Shown here piece after piece: positions 51,385 to 64,000 of a stretch of DNA of 64,000 nucleotides. This DNA comes from Okamejei kenojei. Taxonomy: Eukaryota. The notes beneath the pieces are model-generated. The model saw only the letters and a program-made list of their open reading frames with translations, did not search any database and was not told the DNA's origin. The stretch spans positions 868,001 through 932,000 of the forward strand of contig CM069138.1 in NCBI GenBank assembly GCA_035221665.1. Direction: 5' to 3'. Each line of letters opens with the position of its first letter. Position 1 is the stretch's first letter. The translations under genes and the position numbers were made by a program.

Positions 51385-51847
51385 AGGAGTTAGAGAGAGA
51401 GAGAAGGGAAGGAAGACGAGTGGGGTGAGAGAGAGGGGCTGAGAGGAGAGAGAGGGGGAGAGACAGAAGGGGGGGAGAATGGGGAGAGAATGGCGAGAGA
51501 GAGAGGAGGGAGATGGGAGCGGGGGGAGAGGAGAGAGAGAGGTGGGTGAGGGGGGGAGTGTGCGATGGAAGAAAGAGGGAGAGATGAGAGGGGGAGGAGA
51601 GGGAGGATGAGGGGTAGGAGAGAATGAGTGAGTGGGGGAGCGAAGAGAGAGAGAGTGGGGAAGAGGGAAAGGGGAAAGAAAAACGGGGGAAAGAGAGGGA
51701 GATGAGGGGCAAAGTTAATAGGTATAGACAGAGGAGAAAGAGAGTGGGGGTGAGGAGCAAGGGTGAGGAGTGAGGCGGGAGAGAGAACTGAGGCGGGTGA
51801 GAGAGGATGTGAGAGGAGGAGAGATGAGGGTGGGGGAAGAGAGAGAA

Positions 51848-51880
<33 letters not shown>

Positions 51881-52533
51881 GAAGAGGGTAGAGTGTGTGG
51901 ATCAGGGAGAGAATAGAGGGGAGATAAGAGGAGGGAGAAAGAGATAGAGAGAGGGGAGATGGGAGAGGGGGAAGTGAGGGGAGAGAGAGAGGAGAGAGGA
52001 GAGAGAGAAAAAGAGGGAGAGAGAGGAGAGAGGGGAAGAGAGAGTTAGTGAGCAGTGGGGGAGAGATTGTTAGTGGAAAGAGGAGGGGAGAGAGAGTTAG
52101 GGGAATAGGGGAAAGAGACGGGAAGGGGAGAGAGGAAGAGGGACAAGAGAGAGGGGGGGGGGAGAGTGAGGTGGGAGAGAGGGGGTAAGAGAGAGGGAGA
52201 AGAGAGAGGGAGGAGAGGGGGAGGGAGGGGAGAGGTAGAAGAGAAGGGGGAGAGAGAGGGAAAGGAGAGCGAGAGAGGGGGGCAGAGAGAGGAAGGGAGA
52301 GAGTGAGAGGGAAGGAGAGAGTGAGAGAGAGGGAGAGACAGAGAGGGAGAGAGAAGAGAGGAGAAGATGAGGTGGAGGGGAGAGATAGAGGGGGAGAGAG
52401 GGGGGAGACAGAGGGGTGAGGAGGAGAGAGAGCGGAAGAAGGAGAGAGAGAGGGGAGAGAGAGCAGGGAGAGAAAGAGGTGGCGAGGGAGTTAGAGAGAG
52501 GGGTGTGAGTGGGGAGAGAGGGGGATAGAGAGG
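51385..52533. repeat. GA-rich low-complexity tract
   Basis: Visible composition. Confidence 0.9.
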
Positions 52534-53949
52534 CAGGGCTGCCAACCCCCATGCACTGAGCGTGAGGATCACACATTTCCCCAAATTTTCACGCTGATCA
52601 CAAATTTCTGTGATGAGAAATTCTGTGATCAATGAAAATGTCAAAATTCATATCAACTGCATGGGCCATGGGAGTTGGAAGCAGAAGCAGCGACAGGGAC
52701 AGATGCAGACGGGGAGCGGGGCTGGCGAGTGTTTTCCGGGCTGGCGAGTTGCTCACTGCAGCTCCGGCCATGGAGCAGCCTCAGTGCAAGGCGTCGGAAG
52801 CGTTGCGCCGCTGCCGTGAGAGTCTCTGTGCCAAATTCGCCCAGGTGATCGGCATGATCAGGCCTGTGGCTCGGTGCACCCTGGAGGACAACCATTGGCT
52901 CTGGAAGTAAAGTACCAGGCCACTGGGTAGAAACGGTGAAGATAGTGGACTTCAAATTGGGGGTGGTTGAGAAAGCATCCTGCTTGCCTGCTAGATTTTC
53001 CCCCCGACGTTACTGTAACTAGCAAGGAAAAAGTTCCCGATGGTTGGGGGAGTTCCAGAACCAGAGGGTCACAGTTTAAGAATAAAGGGGGGGGGGGGGC
53101 AGTTAAAGACTGAGATGAGGACAAGACTTTCTTCACCCAGAGAGTGTGAATCCGAGTGGAATTCTCTGCCCCAGAAGGCAGTGCAAGGCCAATTCACTGG
53201 ATGTTTTCAAAGAGTTACATTTAGCCACCGGAAATCTAGGATATGGGGAAAAAACAGAATGGAGGTACTGATTCTAGATCAATAGCCATGATCCATATTG
53301 AATAGCAGTGCTGGATCGAAAGGGCCGATGGCCTCTCCTGCACCTATTTTCTACGTTTTCTTATGCTTGATATATGGGCATAAAACTCAATCACTTGATT
53401 TTTGCATTCAGCATGGTGGAGGTATAATGAGGTCATAGAGTGATACAGTGTGAAAACAGGCCTTCAGCGTCAACTTTGCCTACACCCCCAACATGTCCCA
53501 GCTACGATACCTGCTTTTGGTCCATAACCTCCAAACCTGTCCTATCCATGTAACCGTCTAAACTGTTTCTTAATTTGGGATATAGTGGCCTGCCTCAACT
53601 ACCTCCTCTGGCCAGCTTGTTCCAAAACACCCACCACCTTTGTGTGGAAAAGTACCCCTTAAAAAGTTACCTTCTTAAAAAATACTTTCATACAGAAAAA
53701 ACATTGAAATCATACTTCTGCAAAGCACTAAAACATGAATTTTAATACACAAATTTCAAAAAGTTCATACCTTGGGAGGGGGACACACCCTTCTTCCACA
53801 CCCTCCCCCCACTCGTTGCTCCACTTCCCTCACTGGTTACCCCCAATGCACCCCAATACACCCAACCACCACCGGTCGCTACGTCTCCCTTCGGGCTTTG
53901 TCTCGCAATTTCTCACTCCCAACTCACACCCAATGTTGGCAGCCCCCTG
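52534..53949. mobile_element. Putative non-autonomous hAT-like TIR element containing CR1 3' fragments
   Basis: CAGGGCTGCCAAC at 52534 and GTTGGCAGCCCCCTG at 53935-53949; the TSD is not clean. Confidence 0.5.
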
Positions 53950-55195
53950 TATGAGGAGCGTACAAAGACTCCTGGGAGTTTTAGAAGAATGAGGGGGGAC
54001 ATAATAATGAAAGGCCTGGATAGAGTGGGATTGGGGAATTTGTTAATTTAAACAGAGAGGGGAATAAGATACATTTACAGAGCAGCCGAACATAATGTTC
54101 TCACTGAACATCACAGACTGTACTCAGTCTGAAGAGGGGTCTCGACCCGAAACACCACCCATTCCTTCCTCTCTAACGGATGCTGCCTGTCCAACTGATT
54201 TACTCCAGCCTCTCTGTGAAACGTCACACCATTCCTTCTCATCCACAGATGCTGCTGACCCGCTGAGTTACTCCACACTCTGTGTCCTGTCTATAATGTT
54301 GTCATCATAGCAGGTCTGGAGACATTTTCTAAGAAGGTGTGAGATATGCAATGTGCTCACAATCACTGCTCAAAGACTAAATCGTGGAAGCAAGAGATTC
54401 TTTATTATATTTACGAGTCTGCAGAGTCGGGTGCCTCTAAATTCCAGCGAGTACAAGCCAAAAGTCTTTCTTCATATGGAAGTGTGCCATCCAGGAATCA
54501 GTCTGGTAAACCTTCTCTGTACTCCCTCTATGGCAAGAATGTCTTTCCTCAGATTAGGAGACCAAAATACGCAATACTCCAGGTGTGGCCTCACCAAGAC
54601 CCTGTACAACTGCAGTAGAACCTCCCTGCTCTTGTACTCAAATCCTTTGCTATGAATGCCTACATTACCATTTCGCTTTTTCACAGCCTTCTGCACCTGC
54701 ATGCCTACTTTCAATGACTGGTGTACCATGACACCCAGGTCTTTCATGTGCTTCTCCTTTCTTTTACCCCCGTGGGCTTCCTTCTCCCCAAGATTGCCAC
54801 ATTCGCCCCAATGGACTATCAGGCAGAATGTTGCGGCTCTTCACCTTGCCTTGTCTGTTTCCCCCCGGACTTTACTTTTCATGTTCCGGTTTCCAATGGT
54901 CTTGTAGTACTATTCCCGTCCGACAAACCCCGGTCGCCCAGGCAATACTTAAAGTCAGTTTTCTTACATGGGTCTGTACAAGAATCGCTCGACCATTCCT
55001 TATTTATTCACCTTACACTTTATTCACCTTACACTCCCTCTTGCTTCCTGAGTCTGTTGCCCGAATTGCACTCGCTCAAACCGCTGATGGCAAGCAAGGA
55101 GATCAGAGACTGCTGAAATCAGCAGGGTGCACCTTCCCTTCCTTCTTTGCCTCCACCAAGCAGCCGGATTGGCGATCCCGGATGAGCCCCCAGTT

Positions 55196-55797
55196 TGTGA
55201 GATATACAATCACTGCTCAAAGACTAAATCATGGAAGCAAGAGATTCTTTATTATATTTACGAGTCTGCAGAGTCGGGTGCCTCTCCAAGTTGAGACACA
55301 CCGAAGTCAGAAAAGTCATCCAACTTTATACACACAATTCTACATCCAACCCCCCCTCCTTGGACCCGCTCCAATCAGACACTGAGGTGGACAACCTGTA
55401 GGTACTTCCCCCAGTACCTCCCACATCATACATCGCATGTTCATGGTAATGAGCAGTTTCTTGACCAGGGTGTGTGTAATATTTCATTTATTTTATTAAG
55501 CATGCTCAGGTAGTTCACATGAACCTATCCTATGTTTTACTCACCTCCAAGTGAACTCTCTTAGTCCTCCTATATCAGCACTAAAGCTAAGCTATAGTGA
55601 CAAGGGTCCCATCTATCACCCCATTCTACTGATAGGGAGCTCTCTACATCACTCCCTTCTACCGCTATACAATGCTATTACTTCTTTCTCAAGGATGGGT
55701 CTGGTAACGTTTATACACAGCTGTGTCAGAACCCTCTCCCTGGCCCCTATCGGTTTGAACCTTACAATAGTGGGGTTTAATCACTTTATCCCTCACA
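55196..55797 (-). repeat. Complete ERV LTR (602 bp)
   Basis: TGTGAG...CTCACA termini; on the minus strand TATAAA at 55325-55330 and AATAAA at 55248-55253; PPT adjacent at 55798-55815. Confidence 0.92.
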
Positions 55798-55831
55798 ATC
55801 CTCCCTTTTTCTTTTGCTACGCATCTATTGA

Positions 55832-57649
55832 TTAAACCTCAATTTCAAGCTCCTTCAGTTCGAATTGACGATACATTGTCCTAATCTCCTTTTCCTGTGG
55901 ATCCTGGACCTTCCCTGGTCGCATTATCATTATTTTCTGTATTTCCCCTTTCTCTCCCATAGGCCTGACTACAGCCTGCATCTGACTTATACTCCTTGTA
56001 ATAAGTTCCCTAAAACAAGGGATGCAACAGGGGATAAAGATCAGTCCAGCCTCTGCACATAGAAACACAAGTCCCACCGTTCTCCACCATGTTCCTCCGA
56101 GAATGGAATCCCACCATCGGGTTCCCATAATCGAATTCCACTTCTGTATTGGAACATGTGCCAACTTACGGATTCCTTCTGATATGTCCATCACTGCCTG
56201 TCCGTTGTCATCGATGTTAAACAGCAATTAGAGAGGTTGAATTTTCCCGCATACCCCTCCTTCTTCTGCCAGGAGGTAATCTAGGGCCAAACCGGTTCTG
56301 GTATATTGCTGCTCTCATCTACGTCTGCTGCTTTGCCAGCATCTCCAGTGCCCCCGCAGTTTGGTTGATAATTACCTCCAGTACTGCCTGAAATCTTATG
56401 ATCCAGTTTAACATGTATACCGGGGTTCGGTAGCCCCAGGATCCATCCTGTGCACAGGTGGCTGGTCCATAGTATGAGATGAATTCTTGCGGGTGGCCAT
56501 TCATCATCTTCCCATTCTCCAATGTCTATTTTCCTCTTCTTCCGATATAGGTCGTCAAATACAGATGTTCCTAGCGACCGCCCTTCTTCGGTGTTTAACA
56601 GGAAAAATCCCGGTTGTACCAGTCCAATAAAGCAAGTTCCGCTCCAATTTGTCGGTAACACCGAGTATGCCTTGTGTCCGCATATCCATAACAGTCCTTC
56701 AGGGGCCGGTCCACTAGAGGTAACCTTGTTCCATATGTCTCGCAACACCGGGATTCCTTGATAAGGGTTGTTCCCGGGGCAGTTCCATAGTCCAGTTGAT
56801 TCCATTCCGTCGGTCTTCATCCAGATAGTGCAGTTTCTCCAGTATTTCTTAGTTAGATACCATTTAGGCTCCTCTGGCCACCACACTCGGGACTGATTTG
56901 GCCACTGGGTGACGATGCGCTGGCAGGGGCTGCTGCCTACTAGGATGGCATCCTTTGCCCAGGGCCTAGCGATACACTCAGTCCCAACCGGAGCGTCTGT
57001 CAGGACCCATGCCTGGGGATCTCGGTCTTGTCCAACTGTCAGGTTCCACTCCATCAGGTCCCATACTTCAACAATGGATCCTCTCCACGGCCAACGTGAG
57101 CTCATCAGTGGTCCGCCACAGACCCAACAGTTAGTCACATTCAGGGTTCCAGCTATTTGTGGCCAAGTCCACAAACAGGTTTTTTCCTCCTTCAGGGATC
57201 TCAATCTGCTTCTTTATTTCTTCGTACAGTGTCTGGTGCAATTGAGGCTGAGTAGGTGGGGGAGGGGGAGGCTTGGTGACTACTACTTCCGTTAACTTTG
57301 TTATTACTTCCTCCTTTATTTTATCTAATGTCCATCTTAAGGCCTGAAAAGGGAAACCTAACCGTCCTGTCCTGGTTATACAAACACATCTCTCTCCCTT
57401 TGGGCAGGTAGCGTACCCAAACCTCTCTACATATCCCCTATTCCCTACCATAAAATACCTCTTTCCCCCCTCTTCACAAATTGTTCTAGTCCTCAGGTTA
57501 TAGGAAGCATCGTTCACATGGGAATGATAGGTAAATGATCTGGTTGTCCGCCCTCTGTATCTGATAGGATGATAACATTTATCACAGTTATTAATACTTT
57601 TTACCATAATTACATGCAGAGTAAACAATACCACAACTGCTCCTTTCAT
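55832..57649 (-). pseudogene. env: Retroviral env (ERV3/HERV-I-like), frameshifted
   Basis: Signal peptide MKGAVVVLFTL; SU CWVC motif; furin site RKKR; [30 protein letters not shown]; LALDYLLAEEGGVCGK; TM anchor. Confidence 0.9.
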
Positions 57650-60110
57650 ACTGTCAGTTATGCATTCAATTTTTCTTTTTTTAAAGTTAATGTTAGGGGC
57701 TTATTCCCTGGCTTCACCATCCACTGTTCCTCCTTATCAGGAGCGGGTGGATCAACGGGTCCTTTAACCCGGATTGTGTGGGTCCACCCTTTTTCTTTTG
57801 TTCGTACTGCTGTCTCGGTTGTCAGTAATACTAGGTATGGGCCGGTCCACCTGGGCTGGAGTTTCTCCTCCTTCCAATTCTTGACCAGTACCAGTCGCGG
57901 CCTTTACAGCATGTATTGGAAAGTCGAGTGGTGGGCTTTGAGCCAATAGTCCTTTAGCTTTTAATTCTGTAAGGGAACGAGATACTGCCAGTAAATAGTT
58001 CCTTAAGAATACATCACTGCCCTCTATGGTGGGTATTCCTTCTATCTTTCCCAAATGAGGTAACCCAAACAACATTTCATAGGGGGACACTGCTAACTTT
58101 GCATGGGGTCTCCGTTGCTTTTCTCAAAGCCTTTCTGTTTCCCTTCTGCTCCAAACCTGTGTCAGACTCCATGTACATATGCTGCTCTTAAAGCCTTAAT
58201 TTCTGCCAATTGAGCTAAGCAAGATTGCAGGCAAGCTTCCAATTTGATCCTGCGCTATACTTTTACTTCTTTAGATATTACTCGTCCAAAATATTCTACC
58301 TGCTGCTGACAAAACAAAAAACTTCTTCCTTGATACATCATGACCTCCTGTGCCATCTTTTCCAAGATAATTACAATGTCTCTCTCTCACATTGCTCCTC
58401 ACTTGTGGAACAAACCAACAAAAATCATCCACATACTATATCAACACCTTCCAAATCTGCTACAACATCTGATTAAAAAACACGGCGCTAGTATTTAAAA
58501 AACGCTGCCGCATCCTAGCCTAGGTGTATTTAATACTCTTCTTAATGTTCTTACCATAGCTATGTTCACTATTATCTTAATATTATTATTATTTCCTGAT
58601 TATCGTACCTGTTCACATCCCCAACACACCTTATCCATTACCTATCTCCTTACTAGCCTTGTCTGGGCTTATATCCAGATTTATTTCACTCCTGATAGGG
58701 CATTTGAGAAACTCTCCCAAATACATTTATTATTGGCATTGAATCTCTGGCCCCTGTTTGGCTCTGTCATAGGACTCACTGTGTGTCGGTGCATCACTTA
58801 TTTCAGACTTTTCAACCAGGTCTGTTGTTGCTGACAAGATTGTCTTTCCTTTTTCACGCCCTTTCTTTCTAAAGCAGTCTCATTAATTTATCCCTCTGCT
58901 TCCCACTTTAATCCTTTCTGATCCGCCTTCTTTCTCATTCTAAACTCAATGTCTTACTTCTCAGATAGTTTATCCTCCTTTGCAAATTTATTCACCTTCC
59001 TTTTAAAATCTTCCACTGACTTCTCGATCCTCATATTTTACCACCACCCCTTCTACCTCGGGGGCAGTCATCACTTTCCCCCCTACCCCCGAGATTCTGA
59101 CTTGTTTTTCACCCAATCCAATTTCTTCTGGTACCTTAGTTCCACTTGATCTCTCTGCTCCTGAATTACCATAAATACCATAAATACCATACCCTCTCCC
59201 TCCATTCACCTCTTCTTCGTCCTCTGTCTCTGCCTCTTCCCCTTCCCCGGTCTCCATGAGCACCCGGTCTTCTATCACCTTCATCTCCCTTCTTCTTTAC
59301 CCCTTGCTGCACTGCCTGCAACATCATTTTTGCCTTTCCCTTCTGTTTTTCCTCATCCCATCATACACATACTTTCTGAGCCTCTGTTAACAATTGATTT
59401 AATGGTTTGACATTCCAATCCTCCAATTTTTCCAGTTTCTTTCTAATATCTGACCATGACTTGGTTACGAAATTAACCTTTAGTAACTGCTGACCTGCGT
59501 CTGCTGCTACCCCCGGAGCCTGCAACCCTTTTCCCAGATCTTTATTCCTGCTTGTCTGACCATCTGTCTTTCTTCTGAAGTATATAAACTTCCCATTATT
59601 GACATCATTGTCTGCCAACTCCTTTTTTTTTGTTTCCCCAGGGCCCCATTAATTTATTACCCTTCTCCAACCAGAATGTTTATCCAAACAAACCATAAAA
59701 GCTGCTTATTGTTCAGCAATGAACTTATTTCTAATTTTGTTCAAACCATTCTCCCTACAATTCCCAAATTCCAATTCCTAGTTTAAATACATACGACTAA
59801 CAATTTTCCAAATTAACTTTACTGAAAAGAAATCAACAAAGCCAGGCAACCTACATTTTCCAACTTTCCCCTTTTAAGTTGCGATGATACAAAGCGTCGT
59901 CCGTTACCTTACAGCTGTTCGTAACCTTCCCCATTGCTTACAATTTTTTAAAGGAACACACACACCTACCCTTACAGCATGTGGCCTACAGCAAACAAAC
60001 CTATCACATATACAAACTTCCTCATTCATACAAAACCGGTTTTTACACACACATCACATTAGTTCCATTCTTACTTCAATGAGATTGTTTGAAACAACTC
60101 AATATTTTTC

Positions 60111-60826
60111 ATAGAAACATAGAAACATAGAAATTAGGTGCAGGAGCAGGCCATTCGGCCCTTCAAACCTGCACCGCCATTCAATATGATCATGGCTGAT
60201 CATCCAACTCAGTATCCTGTACCTGCCTTCTCTCCATACCCCCTGATCCCTTCAGCCACAAGGGCCACATCGAACTCCCTCTTAAATATGGCCAACGAAC
60301 TGGCCTCAACTACTTTGTGGGAGAGAATTCCCACAGATTCACCACTGTGTGAATTTTTCCTCATCTCTGTCCTAAAAGACTTCCCCTTATCCTTAAACTG
60401 TGACCCCCTTGTTCTGGATTTCCCCAACATCGGGAACAATATTCCTGCATTTAGCCTGTCCAACCCCTTAAGAATTTTTTTAAGTCTCTATGAGATCACC
60501 CCTCAATCTTCTAAATTCCAGCGAGTACAAGCCGAGTCTATCCAGTCTTTCTTCATATGGAAGTCGTGCCATCCCAGGAATCAGTCTGGTAAACCTTCTC
60601 TGTACTCCCTCTATGGCAAGAATGTCTTTCCTCAGATTAGGAGACCAAAACTGTACGCAATATTCCAGGTGTGGCCTCACCAAGACCCTGTACAACTGCA
60701 GTAGAACCTCCCTGCTCTTGTACTCAAATCCCTTTGCTATGAATGCCTACATACCATTCGCTTTCTTCACAGCCTGCTGCACCTGCATGCCTACTTTCAA
60801 TGACTGGTGTACCATGACACCCAGGT
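60111..60826 (-). mobile_element. CR1 3' fragment embedded in ERV copy B (partial duplicate at 54439-54741)
   Basis: [19 protein letters not shown] plus tail; identical leader junction in both tandem units. Confidence 0.92.
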
Positions 60827-61264
60827 CTTTCATGTGCTTCTCCTTTCTTTTACCCCCGGGGCTTCCTTCTCCCCAAGATTGCCACATTCGCCCCAATGGA
60901 CTATCAGGCAGAATGTGCGGCTCTTCACCTTGCCTTGTCCTGTTTCCCCCCGGACTCTTACTTTTCCTGTTCCGGTTTCCAATGGTCTTGTCGTACTATT
61001 CCCGTCCGACAAACCCCGGTCGCCCAGGCAATACTTAATAGTCAGTTTTCTTACCTGGGTCATGTGTACAAGAATCGCTCGACCATTCCTTATTTATTCA
61101 CCTTACACTTTATTCACCTTACACTCCCTCTTGCTTCCTGAGTCTGTTGCCCGAATTGCACTCGCTCAAACCGCTGATGGCAAGCAAGGAGATCAGAGAC
61201 TGCTGAAACCAGCAGGGTGCACCTTCCCTTCCTTCTTTGCCTCCACCAAGCAGCCGGAGTGGCG

Positions 61265-61282
61265 ATCCCGGACGAGCCCCCA
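61265..61282 (-). promoter_or_regulatory. Primer binding site, tRNA-Pro
   Basis: TGGGGGCTCGTCCGGGAT, 3 nt after the LTR end; a one-mismatch copy at 55175-55192. Confidence 0.92.
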
Positions 61283-61364
61283 GTTTGTGAGATATGCAAT
61301 GTGCTCACAATCACTGCTCAAAGACTAAATCGTGGAAGCAAGAGATTCTTTATTATATTTACGA

Positions 61365-63111
61365 GGACTTCCGGTGGCGCTATGGAGGAGTAGAAGGCAA
61401 CGCCAGCCACCTCCGTGAAGAAACGGGAAAAAACCGGGGAGAAAATGCTGAAAAAACCTACCTGCTGCTTCTGCTGTTTCTGCAACTGCTGCTTCTGTAC
61501 CGGCTGCCGTGTGTGACGTCATCAGCCCTGCGACCGTAATGACAACACCGCGCAGCCCACCACCGGAGAGACCCAGACTCCGATTTTAAAAAAAAATGGC
61601 TGAACAGGAACAAGGCCTAACTGAAGCCTCGGCCTCAGGTAGGACACAGTCCCTTGAAGATGTGTTCAAAAAATCGGGGAAAAAAAAATCGGAACTGGAA
61701 GAACTTAAAAATTTTTTTTTTGCAAGAAATGGCAGAATTAAAGAAAGAACTGAAAGAAGTGAAGTCTGAATTAAAGGTGGAACTGGAAAAAATGAACTTT
61801 ACGGAAGAAATAAAGAAAATTAAGATCGAGATGAAGGAGTTAAAATCTGAAATTAATCTCTTGGCCACGGATTTATCAGAGAAGCTCCGAAAGGAAATTA
61901 CTGAAGTTGTGACTGAAAAATTTGCAAGTATAATGGAAGAGCTGCATGAAAAAAATTGAAACAAAAGTGGAAAAAGAAATGGAACCAGTGCTGGAAGAAA
62001 TGGTGTTACAATCAACAAACCATAAAAGACCTTGAGGTAACAGTCCAAACAAATACTCAGACTATGAAAACTATCGTCAAAGAAAGTCAACGACTATCTG
62101 ACTTACTGGCCAAAGTTACTGATAAGTGTACTGAGCTGGAAGGACGCCAGAGAAGGCAGAATCTAAGGATCGTGGGTATTCGAGAAGGGAGAGAAAAGAA
62201 TCAAGATACCCGAGAATTTACTGCAATCTTATTACAAAAGGTTTTATCTTTGGAAGAAAAACCTTTGATAGCCGAGCACACAGAGTTATGAGACGTTATA
62301 CAAAGCACGGTGATCCTCCAAGACAAATGATAGTCAAAGTCCAATACGATTATGTTTTGGAAGATATGATGAAAAAAGTGTAAAAAGCAGAAATCTTAAA
62401 ATACGAAGAAGACTCAATCAGTATCTACCGAACTATCCAGAAGTGGTCTCTAAGAAACGGAATGCGTTTAATGAAACCAAAAGCATCCTGAGGCATGTGA
62501 ATATCTGAAGTATACTTTGAGATACCCAGCAACACTGAGAGTCACTTACAATTAGGAAGAGCATCACTTCAAAAACCCAGAAGACGCATTGAAATTTGTC
62601 CAAAGGATTAAGGCCAGCGAGGAAGATTGAATGAAACCTTCACAGTTGAATTAAAGGAACAATTAAACTGCATTCTCAAGATTGGCTGAAGATTATAATA
62701 AACTATGGACTTATTTCATCCAAAGAAGACGGAGAAGGAGACGGATGGGAGAATCAAGGAGATTTGGATTGAAGACTGTTCCATGAATACTAATATTTAG
62801 AATAGTAATACTACTAACCTAATAATTAACATATATTAACATACATAAACATATATTAAATCTAACACACTGGTATTGTTAACAATTAGAGCTAATAATT
62901 GTTGACTATTGACTATTGATTGTTGACTGTTGACTACTAATTATTGATCATTGATTGATAATTAATAATGAATTATAACCGACTAACCTAGAATTAAGTA
63001 AATAGTAAATATAAATATACATCTTATTTTAACTTTAGACTTTTTTTTTCTTTCTCTTTTTTATATGTTTATATTATTATAATTTTCTATTAAGTACTAC
63101 GTATATATACC
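61365..63111 (+). mobile_element. L1 LINE 5' part (5'UTR, degenerate ORF1 about 61596-62630, AT-rich spacer), inserted in the ERV 5' LTR
   Basis: Coiled-coil region followed by LEGRQRRQNLRIVGIREG (L1 ORF1p hallmark) and a C-terminal LRYPATLRV motif. Confidence 0.85.
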
Positions 63112-64000
63112 ATTTTACTTTGGAGTCACGTGAGTGACTACGTGAAGAACCCGCCTCACGCTGGCAAACGGCATTACGTCGACGCTGACGGCGGAAGGAG
63201 GAGCTGCAGTAAGGAGCAGCTCCTCGCAGCGGTCGGAACGGCCCCGCAGGTAAGTGCAGCAAAGTAGGGATGTTTTTAGCGGACGCTGGGTAGGTCCAGC
63301 AGTAATAGTTTATGTTAAATCAAGTCAGAGTCAAGTTAAGTGCTGGATAGCACAGATTATGAAGTAAAAGAAAATTCGCGGGTAAAGTGCTTCCTGGGGT
63401 GAAAAATAAATATACGGGAAAGCTAGTGCGGAGCCGGTTTCCGATACCGGTGGCCGCAGATATACCCGTTAGCGAATTAGTTTTCCAAAAATGATAACCA
63501 CGGAGAGAAATGCTCCCGAAAATGAAAAAAAAAACAAAAAAAAAAATCTGAGAGGCCCGTGGTTTTGAAGACTCTGATATTGCAAGTCCTCCAGATAATT
63601 AAACTATGTGGAACTAATTATGGAGCATATGGAGAAAGTTCTCCAAATTATTATGAGACTAGGGTCATAGTACCCAGAAGGTTCCTAAAAAAGCCCTGAG
63701 GGGTTTAATTATCTGAATATGGCTGTGGGCCTAATTGGGAGTTGGGAACTCCGGACCCAGGATTTGGGCCGGAAGAAGTCTCATGGGATGAAATCCCAAT
63801 TGATTTAGGGCTGCAGAAGGCAGACCCTGTTGATGGTGATTTGCATTTGAAAGCACACCACAAAATAAATAAAAAAGAAAAAGAAAAAAAAAAAAAAAAA
63901 AAAAAGGCCAAATGTGCCTGGGATAGCAAAAGAATTTGCTATATATGAAGGAAAGTGGTGAGGCTATGGAAGAAAACCTAGCTGCCAACATATATATATG
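63112..64000 (+). mobile_element. 5' end of a second DIRS copy (same family as 12302-17240)
   Basis: ATTttactttggagtcacgtgagtgactacgtgaagaacccgcc start; degenerate gag (PDPGFG.EEVSW..IPIDLGLQKADP). Confidence 0.92.

Larger units (their letters stand above)
54338..61365 (-). mobile_element. Endogenous retrovirus copy B, tandem LTR-internal-LTR-(deleted internal)-LTR
   Basis: LTR pieces 61286-61365, 55196-55797 (complete) and 54338-54438; two PBS and leader copies; gag, pro and integrase remnants at 57.7-59.6 kb (LLKVNFVTKSWSDIRKKLEK, SPYEMLFG). Confidence 0.92.

Overview
Eukaryotic, transposon-dense vertebrate DNA. A cartilaginous fish, probably a skate or ray, is inferred from the IgM and LINE types. 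The only host gene I can support is a minus-strand IgM heavy-chain constant-region pseudogene at 2.2-17.4 kb: the 3' stub of CH1, then CH2, CH3, CH4 with secretory tail, TM1 and TM2. CH1-CH4 each carry a splice, frame or insertion lesion, and I found no V/D/J segments or RSS in the 46 kb upstream. The rest is nested mobile DNA: a structurally complete DIRS1-type retrotransposon inserted 18 nt before CH2 (plus the 5' end of a second copy), an intron-containing Tc1/IS630 element, intron-containing P-element (THAP) transposase copies and a 33-bp candidate P excision footprint, a hAT element with an internal hairpin, and Penelope fragments with hammerhead-core motifs. There are also many CR1 LINE pieces, a HERO-like fragment, an L1 5' end, and two gag-pol-deleted, env-retaining ERVs (PBS-Pro, ERV3/HERV-I-like env). 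The ERVs share an embedded CR1 3' end, and one forms an LTR-sharing tandem. The window has four N gaps and several indel-rich stretches (about 30.5-33.5, 37-38.3 and 40-54 kb), so some frameshifts may be sequencing errors.
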